Positions 11,254 through 19,669 of a stretch of DNA of 64,000 nucleotides are shown here, in pieces. Position numbers and translations under genes: made by a program. The notes below the pieces were generated by a model that was not told the DNA's origin, made no database searches, and saw only the letters and a list, made by a program, of their open reading frames with translations. How positions within the stretch are numbered: position 1 is the stretch's first letter; every line of letters begins with the position of its first letter. Source of the stretch: an uncultured Lentimicrobiaceae bacterium (GTDB lineage Bacteria; Bacteroidota; Bacteroidia; Bacteroidales; WCHB1-69); assembly GCA_964653595.1 (NCBI GenBank), contig CAZZHH010000009.1, forward strand, positions 3,506 through 67,505. The letters run 5' to 3'.

Positions 11254-12600
11254 ATGAACTGGAACCAATTATTATCCCCTCTCAGACATGGTCAAGAATC
11301 GAGAATTACTGGGGATGTAGAAATTGAACGAACGCAATTTCAAAAAGATTATGATCGAATTATATTTTCATCACCATTTAGAAGGTTACAAAATAAAACT
11401 CAAGTGTTTCCATTACCTGGGAGCATTTTTGTCCACAACCGACTTACACATAGTTTAGAAGTATCTTCAGTGGGGCGGACTTTGGGAACGATCCTAGCGA
11501 ATAAATTAAAAATGCTGGAAGAATTCAAGGACAATTATTTTGTATCCGAAATAGGAAACATTGTCGGTGCCGCTTGTCTTGCCCATGATTTAGGGAATCC
11601 TGCTTTTGGCCACTCAGGAGAAAAAGCAATATCGCAATATTTTATCGAAAACGAAGCAGTATTCAAACCGTTATTATCCCTTCAACAATGGGCAGATATT
11701 ACCAATTTTGAGGGCAATGCAAACTCTTTGAGAATTCTAACGCATGATTTTTATGGGCGTCCTGAAAGTCAATTTGCCCTTACTTACTCCACATTAGCTG
11801 CATTGATAAAATACCCATGTTCCTCACTTGCAGCGGGAGACAAACTAAAAGTATACAAAAAAAAATATGGATATTTCGCTTCCGACGAGCATACATTCAT
11901 CAAGATTGTAGAACATCTAGGCATGCAAAAAATGGGAGAAACCCCACTTTCATATTACCGACATCCTCTCTCCTTTTTGGTAGAAGCGGCAGATGATATT
12001 TGCTACAACATCATCGATATTGAAGATGCTCACCGATTAAAAATTCTAACGTTACAAGATATTAAAGATTTATTACTCCCACTATTAGGACATGACAGCG
12101 AAAATACGCTCCAACGGATGGAAAAACTCCTGGACGACAACGATAAAGTGTCTCTACTCAGAGCTAAGGTAATTAATATTCTCGTTCATAAATGCGCAGA
12201 TACATTTTGGAAGAACCATGAAGCAATTATGAATGGCAAATTAAATAGTGATTTAAAAAGTTGTTTGGATCCTAAAACAAAAGACCAAATAAAAACAATT
12301 GAAACTCTATCTATTCAAAAAATATACAACTACACTACAGTTGTCGAAAAAGAGATTGCAGGATACAAAATAATTGCAGGGTTATTAGAAGAGTTTATCC
12401 CTGCAATATTAGGCATTGGAAAAAGCAAACATTACAACGAAAAATTAATCCAGCTGATCCCCATCCAGTATACGCCAATATCCAACGATACCTACTCCAA
12501 AATTATGTCGATATTGGATTATATTTCGGGCATGACAGATTTATATGCGGTTGAGCTTTATCGAAAAATTAAAGGAATTGCATTCCCAGAATTTAGCTAG
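11254..12600 (+). CDS. dgt: dGTP triphosphohydrolase-like HD-domain protein
   Basis: 448 aa with FQKDYDRIIFSSPFRRL, NRLTHSLEVSSVGR and LAHDLGNPAFGH (HD motif). Confidence 0.85.
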   Translation: MNWNQLLSPLRHGQESRITGDVEIERTQFQKDYDRIIFSSPFRRLQNKTQVFPLPGSIFVHNRLTHSLEVSSVGRTLGTILANKLKMLEEFKDNYFVSEIGNIVGAACLAHDLGNPAFGHSGEKAISQYFIENEAVFKPLLSLQQWADITNFEGNANSLRILTHDFYGRPESQFALTYSTLAALIKYPCSSLAAGDKLKVYKKKYGYFASDEHTFIKIVEHLGMQKMGETPLSYYRHPLSFLVEAADDICYNIIDIEDAHRLKILTLQDIKDLLLPLLGHDSENTLQRMEKLLDDNDKVSLLRAKVINILVHKCADTFWKNHEAIMNGKLNSDLKSCLDPKTKDQIKTIETLSIQKIYNYTTVVEKEIAGYKIIAGLLEEFIPAILGIGKSKHYNEKLIQLIPIQYTPISNDTYSKIMSILDYISGMTDLYAVELYRKIKGIAFPEFS

Positions 12601-12743
12601 TAGGTCTTATGATTGTTTTTTTGAGTTCTATTTTATTTTAAACAGGAAATTTAAAACGAGCATAAAATGTAAAATTAGCATTTCATCGTTTAGAAAGGTA
12701 AATATCCAATGGTGTATTTTGAGAAAAGTTAAAAAAAAATAGA

Positions 12744-12751
12744 TATCTTTG
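12744..12751 (+). promoter_or_regulatory. -7 box TAnnTTTG
   Basis: TATCTTTG lies 22 nt upstream of the ATG at 12773. Confidence 0.4.
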
Positions 12752-12772
12752 TTCTACATTAACTAATAAACA

Positions 12773-14014
12773 ATGAATTTCAGCGAATTTAACTTTCACG
12801 AAAAGATATCAGAAGCAATTTCGTACATGGGGTACAAATATGCTACCCCAGTTCAAGAACAATCCATTCCTGAAATAATGAAAGGCAATGATATCATTGC
12901 ATGTGCACAAACGGGGACAGGGAAAACAGCAGCTTACCTTTTACCGATTCTGGATAAAATGTCTACTACCGAAGTGAATGGTCTAAATACCCTAATCATC
13001 GTCCCTGTTCGCGAACTTGCAAAACAGATAGACCAACAGATTGAGGGATTCTCCTATTTTTTACCTATCAGTTCCATCTCTATTTACGGAGGTGGCGACG
13101 GCATGGACTGGGAGTATGAAAAAAAGTCTCTGATGGGTGAGGCAAATATTGTGGTTGCAACTCCAGGTAGACTTATTGCTCATATTAATTTAGGTTATGT
13201 CAACTTTAGCAAAATCAAACATGTGGTTTTTGATGAAGCGGACAAAATGCTAGATATGGGCTTTTTCTTTGACATACAGAAGATCGTCTCATTCCTCCCT
13301 AAAGAGCGACAAACGCTGATGTTCAGCGCCACCATGCCACCAAAAATCCGCACTTTGGCAAAACACATCATGATCCACCCGAAAGAGATCACTATCGGAC
13401 TGGCAAAACCGGCAACAGGTATCTCCCAATCGGTCTATTATGCCTTTGAAGCTCAGAAGCCAAAGTTGCTCAACCACATCATACAAGAGCGTCCGCAATA
13501 CGACAGCATTCTGATATTTACCTCTACCAAAAGTAAAGTGAATACCATTGTTCGCTCTATTCGCATGGTGGAAAAAAGCATAGATGCAGTATCCTCCGAC
13601 TTGGAACAAGATGCACGCGAAGCTTCTCTGCAGAAGTTCACAGCCCGCCAAACCCGAATTTTGGTCGCTACGGATGTGCTGAGTCGCGGAATCGACATTA
13701 AGGACATTAATTTAGTGATTAATTACGACTGCCCTCACGAAGCGGAATCGTATGTTCACCGCATTGGACGGACAGCACGTGCCGCCACCAAAGGAGAAGC
13801 CATTACCATGGTGAGTGATAATGACATCCGCAAATTCAAATCGATAGAGCGCTTGATTGATGCCACTATCACCATCCAACCATTGCCAGAATCGTATGGA
13901 GAAGGGCCAAATCCGGATGTGATTGAAAAAAAATCAAAAAAGAGTCCTTCAAATAATCGTAAGTTCAGAAAACCATTTCATAAATCGAAACCAAATGATA
14001 AAAAAGTGCAATAA
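12773..14014 (+). CDS. DEAD-box ATP-dependent RNA helicase
   Basis: 413 aa with a Q motif (TPVQ), AQTGTGKT, DEAD, SAT and HRIGRTAR, plus a basic C-terminal tail. Confidence 0.9.
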   Translation: MNFSEFNFHEKISEAISYMGYKYATPVQEQSIPEIMKGNDIIACAQTGTGKTAAYLLPILDKMSTTEVNGLNTLIIVPVRELAKQIDQQIEGFSYFLPISSISIYGGGDGMDWEYEKKSLMGEANIVVATPGRLIAHINLGYVNFSKIKHVVFDEADKMLDMGFFFDIQKIVSFLPKERQTLMFSATMPPKIRTLAKHIMIHPKEITIGLAKPATGISQSVYYAFEAQKPKLLNHIIQERPQYDSILIFTSTKSKVNTIVRSIRMVEKSIDAVSSDLEQDAREASLQKFTARQTRILVATDVLSRGIDIKDINLVINYDCPHEAESYVHRIGRTARAATKGEAITMVSDNDIRKFKSIERLIDATITIQPLPESYGEGPNPDVIEKKSKKSPSNNRKFRKPFHKSKPNDKKVQ

Positions 14015-14143
14015 TCGGCACTTCTAATCATTGAGATTATCCATTTCATATAAAAAACATATCAAGGATATCACCCTGAGGCAGTAATTTTGCATTCAAT
14101 TATTCATTATCAATAAATTTACTGAATTCATGTTTAAATCCTT

Positions 14144-14242
14144 GTCACACTGTCCCGATAATTATCGGGATTATCGAAGTGCTTTTGCACATCACAAATT
14201 GTCCTTCCCTTCGGCTAGCCATTAGACTAAACTCCGGATGAC
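14144..14242. repeat. Palindromic intergenic element, family 1 (GTCAYNCTGAG..TCGAAG / CTTCGA..CTCAGNATGAC)
   Basis: The left arm GTCACACTG...TATCGAAGTGC carries an inserted perfect 16-bp palindrome CCCGATAATTATCGGG. The right arm is CTTCGGCTAGCC...AACTCCGGATGAC. Confidence 0.7.
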
Positions 14243-14406
14243 AATTTTAAATACAGAAATTCGCAAACCCCTTGTTCCATTGTTTTTTGTGCAATATTTT
14301 TCAAGGGAATCACACTGTTTGACTTTTTTTTATAATCAAGCCAATTTATTACTAAATTTGCCAAATAAATATTGGAGGTTCAGTCATTAATTCAGTTGGT
14401 TTTGAT

Positions 14407-14676
14407 ATGTTGTATTATGTTTATATTATAAAGTGTTCAGACCAATCATATTATACTGGGATAACAAATAATCTTGACAAAAGGGTTTCAGAACATCAAG
14501 AGGGACATCATATTGATTCATACACCTATTCCAGAAGACCAATTGATTTAGTCTTCTATTCCGAATTTACTGACCCAAATGATGCCATTGAAATTGAAAA
14601 AAGAATTAAAGGATGGTCTAGAAAAAAAAAGGAAGCTCTAATTAATGGGGATTACGAAACATTAGTCTATTTATAA
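14407..14676 (+). CDS. GIY-YIG nuclease-domain protein (small, stand-alone)
   Basis: 89 aa with YYVYIIKC..SYYTGITNNL.KRVSEHQ, the GIY-YIG core, and a conserved KGWSRKKK tail. Confidence 0.8.
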   Translation: MLYYVYIIKCSDQSYYTGITNNLDKRVSEHQEGHHIDSYTYSRRPIDLVFYSEFTDPNDAIEIEKRIKGWSRKKKEALINGDYETLVYL

Positions 14677-14801
14677 AATTTGAAGAATTCACTCAAGAAA
14701 ATTAATGAAGAAAATAATTAAAAACAAACATCAATGACATATTAAATCATATCCACGTTGTCTTTGCATTTGTCGGTATTTTAAATATTCTACCAATAAT
14801 G

Positions 14802-14822
14802 CTTCGATTAACTCAGCATGAC
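14802..14822. repeat. Family 1 arm (right-arm orientation)
   Basis: CTTCGATTAACTCAGCATGAC. A degenerate partner arm may lie at about 14757-14780. Confidence 0.55.
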
Positions 14823-14902
14823 AGTCTTATATTTCAAGTTGTAAGCCATTATTTAAAACTCAATTAAAAATAATAAAAGGGAAAATCAATATTCTATTCA
14901 AT

Positions 14903-14971
14903 GTCACCCTGAGTTTATCGAAGGGCATATAAAAAACCCAGACTGTAATACTACAATAAACTCAGGATGAC
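14903..14971. repeat. Palindromic intergenic element, family 1
   Basis: GTCACCCTGAGTTTATCGAAGGGC ... CTACAATAAACTCAGGATGAC. Confidence 0.7.
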
Positions 14972-15034
14972 CGATTTATGATTCTAATAATCAAATAATT
15001 ATTATTTATCACACACACATATTACAATAAAAAA

Positions 15035-16183
15035 ATGAATAAACTATACTACAAAATAACAACATTTATAATCCTCTTTGCACTCATTATTCCAATAACC
15101 TCAGCTCAAAGTGATTCTAAAATCAGTCTTTATACCTGTGGAAGTGGGAATGAACTTTATTCCGCATTTGGCCATACAGCCCTAAGGGTTGTTTCTCTTT
15201 CGGATTCAACCGATATTATTTACAACTTTGGAATTTTTGACTTTAACGATCCCGATTTCTATCCCAAATTTATGAACGGCATTATGCGTTATATGCTGGG
15301 CACCCAACATACAGAAGATTTTCTGAGGGATTATATTGAAGAACAGCGATGGGTAGTAGAGCAACAAATTAACCTCCCCGACTCCACCCGAATTGCATTG
15401 GTAGAATGGTTAAAATTCACTAGAAAACCAGAAAACAGATTTTATTATTACGACTTCTTACGCAACAATTGCTCCTCTAAATTCCGAGATATCATCATGA
15501 TAATGCAATACCACCATATTAAATTCAACAATGCTTACCTCAACAAAACTCATCGCAATTTAATTGCTGAATGTTTACAAGAGAACAAATGGGCGAATTT
15601 CGGCATAAACATCCTTCTCAGCAAACTTATTGACGAAAAAGTGACCAATTTCGACGAAATGTTTCTCCCAGATTATCTTTCAAAATATGGACAAAAAGCT
15701 ACCATTAACGGAGTACCACTCCTTGGTGAACCGGTTCTAGTAAACCAAGTACCAATAACTTATCCTACCTGGCATTTTTCGTTCACCGATCCAATCATGA
15801 TGATGCTTTATCTGCTGATAATATCGTTGATATACCGCAAAAACTGGATGAGAAATACATTTTTCATCCTACTTGGAATCCTTGGAACTATCTTGCTTTT
15901 TATGTGGTTTGGCACCGAGCAGACCTATGTAAAATACAACTTTAACATTTTGTGGCTCAGTCCTCTCTACCTGATATTGGTCCCGTTTTTGGCTCTAAAA
16001 AAACATCTCATTTCATTCTGGTTGCTGGTTGCCATCCTGCTTTGTCAACTAATCGTCATTATCGCTTGGATCTTCGGCATTCAAGGCTACGATTTCGCCT
16101 TTTTCCCAATTATGATGATGTTGCTGGTGTATGAGGTGAGGGAATGGTTGCGTTTGAAAAAATTGATATCATCAATAATCTGA
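15035..16183 (+). CDS. DUF4105 (Lnb N-terminal-like) membrane protein
   Basis: 382 aa. Signal peptide, then SLYTCGSGNELYSAFGHTALRV (the DUF4105 hallmark) and C-terminal transmembrane helices. Confidence 0.7.
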   Translation: MNKLYYKITTFIILFALIIPITSAQSDSKISLYTCGSGNELYSAFGHTALRVVSLSDSTDIIYNFGIFDFNDPDFYPKFMNGIMRYMLGTQHTEDFLRDYIEEQRWVVEQQINLPDSTRIALVEWLKFTRKPENRFYYYDFLRNNCSSKFRDIIMIMQYHHIKFNNAYLNKTHRNLIAECLQENKWANFGINILLSKLIDEKVTNFDEMFLPDYLSKYGQKATINGVPLLGEPVLVNQVPITYPTWHFSFTDPIMMMLYLLIISLIYRKNWMRNTFFILLGILGTILLFMWFGTEQTYVKYNFNILWLSPLYLILVPFLALKKHLISFWLLVAILLCQLIVIIAWIFGIQGYDFAFFPIMMMLLVYEVREWLRLKKLISSII

Positions 16184-16427
16184 GATGTCGCAGCTACGCT
16201 GCTTGTTTTCAATAATCGATTCTCTTTCTACAAAGATGGCGCAACTACGTTGCTTTTATTAAAAACAAAACACCTTTATTCAATGTAAATCCGAACCGGA
16301 TAAAGGGGCGTTAGCCCCGACATCTTTGTAGAAAATAAAACCCCAGATAAGCAGAGGGGCGTAGCCCCGACATCTTTGTAATAAAATCAAGATAGAATTC
16401 AATATAGGGGGCGTTAGCCCTGACATC
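16182..16427. repeat. Array of five short hairpin repeats, family 2 (CTACAAAGATGNC + 5-bp stem)
   Basis: Two forward copies (16182-16202, 16228-16253) and three reverse copies (16305-16331, 16356-16380, 16406-16427). The stems differ but all still pair: GCAGC/GCTGC, GCAAC/GTTGC, GGGGC/GCCCC. Confidence 0.75.
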
Positions 16428-16530
16428 TAAAAAAATTAATCGGCCAATTTGGGATCTTTTCAAACTTCGGCTCCCGTGAATGTTTATCACATAATAACAA
16501 GAAGGCAAATATGCCAATCTTGGAAAGAAA

Positions 16531-16830
16531 CACGCGTTGCAAACGCGTGTGCGCCCTTGTCAGCGCGCATGATGAGTTTTTAGCTTTCAGCCCATTATCT
16601 TTCTTTCCCATTTCCTATCTCAATGGCTATCACTGCTATCTTAATTTTCAAATCTTCAAATCGATTCATCATCAAATTGATTTCGCGTGAGGGATAGCAG
16701 CGGATGGCCCGCAGGAGCTCAGCGACGAGGACTTGGAATGGATAGCCTGACCTCGCCTTAGAAGTGGGGATAGGGATCAGATGACTTGAAGTCATCAGAT
16801 CACTAAAAGTATAACGAGGCGAGGGCACGC
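16531..16830. other. GC-rich, hairpin-dense non-coding segment of unknown function
   Basis: CACGCGTT-GCA-AACGCGTG (16531-16549); TGCGC...GCGCA (16550-16569); GGATAGC-type motifs (16690-16760); the palindrome GATGACTT-G-AAGTCATC; and a long-range pair CCTCGCC (16751-16757) with GGCGAGG (16818-16824). Confidence 0.4.
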
Positions 16831-16937
16831 CCATTAATATATCGCTGAAAAAATAGATCGTGTTCACAATCGAAAAATTGAGTAAAAATTATTCACTAAA
16901 AATCATTAAATATTGTTTTTAGCATTAGATAAAGTTA

Positions 16938-16945
16938 TATATTTG
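16938..16945 (+). promoter_or_regulatory. -7 box TAnnTTTG
   Basis: TATATTTG lies 33 nt upstream of the serC ATG. Confidence 0.45.
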
Positions 16946-16977
16946 CCAAAGAAATAAACAAAAAAATACATATAAAT

Positions 16978-18051
16978 ATGAAAAAGGTACATAATTTTAA
17001 TGCAGGACCTTGTGTCCTTCCTAGAGAAGCTGTTGCCGCTTCAATCGAAGCCCTCCACGATTTCGCCGGAACCGGTATGTCTGTTATTGAAGTTTCCCAC
17101 CGTTCGAAAGAGTGGGAAGCTGTGATGGCTGAGTGCACTGCTTTATGGAGAGAACTGTTGGACATTCCTGAAGAGTATGACGTATTGTTCTTAGGCGGTG
17201 GCGCCAGTCTGCAATTCCTTATGGTTGCTATGAACCTATTGGAGAAAAAAGCAGCCTATTTGGAAACTGGCGTTTGGGCTAAAAAAGCGTTGAAAGAAGC
17301 CAAAGGTTTTGGCGAAGTGGTTTGTGTTGCTTCATCGGCAGACAAAACATATAACTATATTCCTAAAGGTTATACTGTTCCTGCGGATGCAGATTATTTC
17401 CACATTACTACCAACAACACCATCTACGGAACAGAAATCCGCACCGATATGGATTGCCCTGTTACGTTGGTTGCCGATATGTCGTCCGACATTCTTAGCC
17501 GTCCGGTAGATGTACGCAAATATGGAATGATATACGGTGGTGCTCAAAAGAACGTTGGTCCTGCTGGGGTAACCTTCGTGATCGTAAGAAAAGACATCCT
17601 TGGAAAAGTGAGCCGTTATTTGCCTACTATGTTGGATTACAGAACTCACGCTGGTGAAGGTTCAATGTTCAACACACCTCCTGTATTTCCAATTTATGTG
17701 ATGACTCAAACGTTGAAATGGCTTAAAAAATTAGGTGGCTTGAAAGCAATCCAAAAAATTAATGAGGAAAAAGCGGCGCTGCTTTACAACGAAATTGACC
17801 GCAACTCTATGTTTGTTGGGACTGCAGCTAAAGAAGACCGTTCATTAATGAACATCTGCTTTGTAATGAGCGATCAATACAAAGAAAAAGAAGCGGACTT
17901 CATGGCATTTGCAAAAGAACGCAACATGATTGGTATCAAAGGACACCGCTCAGTTGGTGGATTCCGCGCTTCCACATACAATGCTTGCCCAATTGAAAGC
18001 GTTCAGGCGTTGGTGGATTGTATGAAGGAGTTTGAACAATTAAATAAATAA
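16978..18051 (+). CDS. serC: Phosphoserine aminotransferase
   Basis: 357 aa with [19 protein letters not shown], and the C-terminal [15 protein letters not shown] signature. Confidence 0.92.
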   Translation: MKKVHNFNAGPCVLPREAVAASIEALHDFAGTGMSVIEVSHRSKEWEAVMAECTALWRELLDIPEEYDVLFLGGGASLQFLMVAMNLLEKKAAYLETGVWAKKALKEAKGFGEVVCVASSADKTYNYIPKGYTVPADADYFHITTNNTIYGTEIRTDMDCPVTLVADMSSDILSRPVDVRKYGMIYGGAQKNVGPAGVTFVIVRKDILGKVSRYLPTMLDYRTHAGEGSMFNTPPVFPIYVMTQTLKWLKKLGGLKAIQKINEEKAALLYNEIDRNSMFVGTAAKEDRSLMNICFVMSDQYKEKEADFMAFAKERNMIGIKGHRSVGGFRASTYNACPIESVQALVDCMKEFEQLNK

Positions 18052-18099
18052 TTTTGATTGCAAAATATTGCCAATCTTGTCGTTCTTTCTCAAATAATG

Positions 18100-18153
18100 C
18101 TTCGATAAACTACCAATGACACTATTAAAGTTGTCACATTGAGTTAATCGAAA
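18100..18153. repeat. Family 1 arms in tail-to-tail geometry
   Basis: CTTCGATAAACTACCAATGAC (18100-18120), a 12-nt spacer, then GTCACATTGAGTTAATCGAAA (18133-18153). Confidence 0.6.
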
Positions 18154-18223
18154 TGTAATGAAAAAGAAAATTTTCAAGACATTGGTAATATTTTATCAAT
18201 CAAACTGTTACAAGAATATAATT

Positions 18224-18257
18224 AAGGAGAAGTTGAAAAAACCAGCTTCTCCTTTTT
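18224..18257 (+). terminator. Rho-independent terminator after serC
   Basis: AAGGAGAAGTTG pairs with CAGCTTCTCCTT, followed by a T run. Confidence 0.6.
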
Positions 18258-18315
18258 ATCAAGAAAAAGAACACTAAATGGATTTCAAACATTAAACTAT
18301 CATGAATTTAAGTTT

Positions 18316-18381
18316 GTCACACTGAGCCTGTCGAAGTGTGCTTGCACTATCCTCTCTATCCTTCGACAAGCTCAGGATGAC
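18316..18381. repeat. Palindromic intergenic element, family 1
   Basis: GTCACACTGAGCCTGTCGAAG ... CTTCGACAAGCTCAGGATGAC. The arms match at 18 of 21 positions as inverted repeats. Confidence 0.75.
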
Positions 18382-18471
18382 AGGAGCTGAAATTCCTGAT
18401 ATCTCCAAAAATTGACTCACATTTTTTAAACGTTCACAAATAGAAATTATAAACAATAAAAATAGAACACA

Positions 18472-19395
18472 ATGACAAAAGTATTAGTAGCTACAGACAA
18501 ACCTTTTGCTAAGGTTGCTGTTGACGGAATCAGAAACGTGGTTGAAACCGCCGGTTTCGAATTGGTATTGTTGGAAAAATACACCTCACAAGATGAGTTT
18601 AAAACCGCTGTTGCCGATGTGGACGCAGTAATCATCCGTTCGGATATCGCCTCTAAAGAGATCATCGAAGCGGGTAAAAACCTGAAAATCGTGGTTCGTG
18701 CCGGCGCTGGTTACGACAACATCGACCTTCAGGCTTGTACCGATAAAGGCGTGGTAGCCATGAACACTCCGGGACAAAACTCAAATGCAGTGGCCGAACT
18801 GGCACTGGGCATGATGGTGATGGCCGCACGTAACAACTACGACGGCACTTCGGGCACCGAACTTTGCTGCAAAAAATTGGGCATCCATGCTTATGGAAAC
18901 GTTGGTCGCCTGGTGGCTAAAATCGCCAAAGGTTTTGGAATGGAAGTGTATGCATATGATGCTTTCGTAGCTGCAGACAAAATCAAAGCGGACGGTGTAA
19001 CGCCATTGAATTCGGTGGAAGAGCTTTACAGCACCTGCCAATATGTTTCATTACACATTCCTGCAACGGCTGAGACCAAAAAATCGATCAACTTCGACCT
19101 GTTGTCAAAAATGCCAAAAGGCGCCACATTGATAAACACCGCCCGCGCAGAAGTAATTAACGAAGAAGAATTGGCTAAAATCATGGTTGAACGCCCAGAT
19201 TTCAAATACTATTCGGACATCGAGCCAAAAGACAAAACATTGTTCAGCGACGATTATAAAAACAGATTTTTCTTCACCCCAAAGAAAATGGGTGCGCAAA
19301 CTTCCGAGGCGAACATCAACGCAGGCATTGCCGCCGCCAACCAAATCGTGGATTTTATTAAAAACGGGAACAAACAATTCCAGGTAAACAAATAG
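18472..19395 (+). CDS. serA: D-3-phosphoglycerate dehydrogenase (short type, D-2-hydroxyacid dehydrogenase family)
   Basis: 307 aa with NAD-binding GIHAYGNVGRLVA and the RAGAGYDNID motif. Adjacent to serC. Confidence 0.85.
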   Translation: MTKVLVATDKPFAKVAVDGIRNVVETAGFELVLLEKYTSQDEFKTAVADVDAVIIRSDIASKEIIEAGKNLKIVVRAGAGYDNIDLQACTDKGVVAMNTPGQNSNAVAELALGMMVMAARNNYDGTSGTELCCKKLGIHAYGNVGRLVAKIAKGFGMEVYAYDAFVAADKIKADGVTPLNSVEELYSTCQYVSLHIPATAETKKSINFDLLSKMPKGATLINTARAEVINEEELAKIMVERPDFKYYSDIEPKDKTLFSDDYKNRFFFTPKKMGAQTSEANINAGIAAANQIVDFIKNGNKQFQVNK

Positions 19396-19402
19396 TGCTT
19401 GC

Positions 19403-19508
19403 AAGAAAACGCCAACTTCTTCGTTATTTTTGTAACGAATTTAGATCATTTACCTCAGTAAACTCGCTAAATTCGTTCCTGCAAAAGCCTCGAATTTGAC
19501 GTTTTCTT
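19403..19508. repeat. 106-bp nested palindromic element in the serA 3' region
   Basis: The outer arms AAGAAAACGCCAA and TTGACGTTTTCTT pair at 12 of 13 positions. They enclose TTCGTTA/TAACGAA, AACGAATTTAG/CTAAATTCGTT and AAATTCG/CGAATTT, which are mutually exclusive pairings. Confidence 0.55.
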
Positions 19509-19563
19509 ATCAATCACTATGTTTTCATACAGAAATCAAATAGGATTATTTAGGATAAGAATT

Positions 19564-19602
19564 AGAGGCGAGCATCTTTGGGATGTTCGCCTCTTTTTTT
19601 TG
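19564..19602 (+). terminator. Rho-independent terminator after serA
   Basis: AGAGGCGAGCATC-TTTGG-GATGTTCGCCTCT followed by T8. Confidence 0.8.
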
Positions 19603-19669
19603 TATTTGGAGGATTTAGGTTTTGCGAAAAAAAATATTTGCGCCTCCGGAACCCTTTACGCTATAAAAT

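Noticed and set aside
12545-12742. 65-aa ORF overlapping the dgt 3' end and the following AT-rich spacer
   Set aside because: It overlaps a well-supported gene out of frame and continues into promoter-like AT-rich DNA. It is Lys/Ile/Phe-rich with no motif.
16305-16427. Three regularly spaced ~27-bp repeats that look superficially like a CRISPR array
   Set aside because: There are only three copies. The 'spacers' are 23-25 bp, the repeats are degenerate, and inverted copies of the same unit lie just upstream. No cas genes are present. This fits REP/BIME-type elements better.
16311-16867. Minus-strand ORFs of 68, 65 and 90 aa in the DUF4105-serC gap
   Set aside because: They run through the hairpin repeats and the GC-rich palindromes. 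Their translations are typical repeat-derived artefacts.
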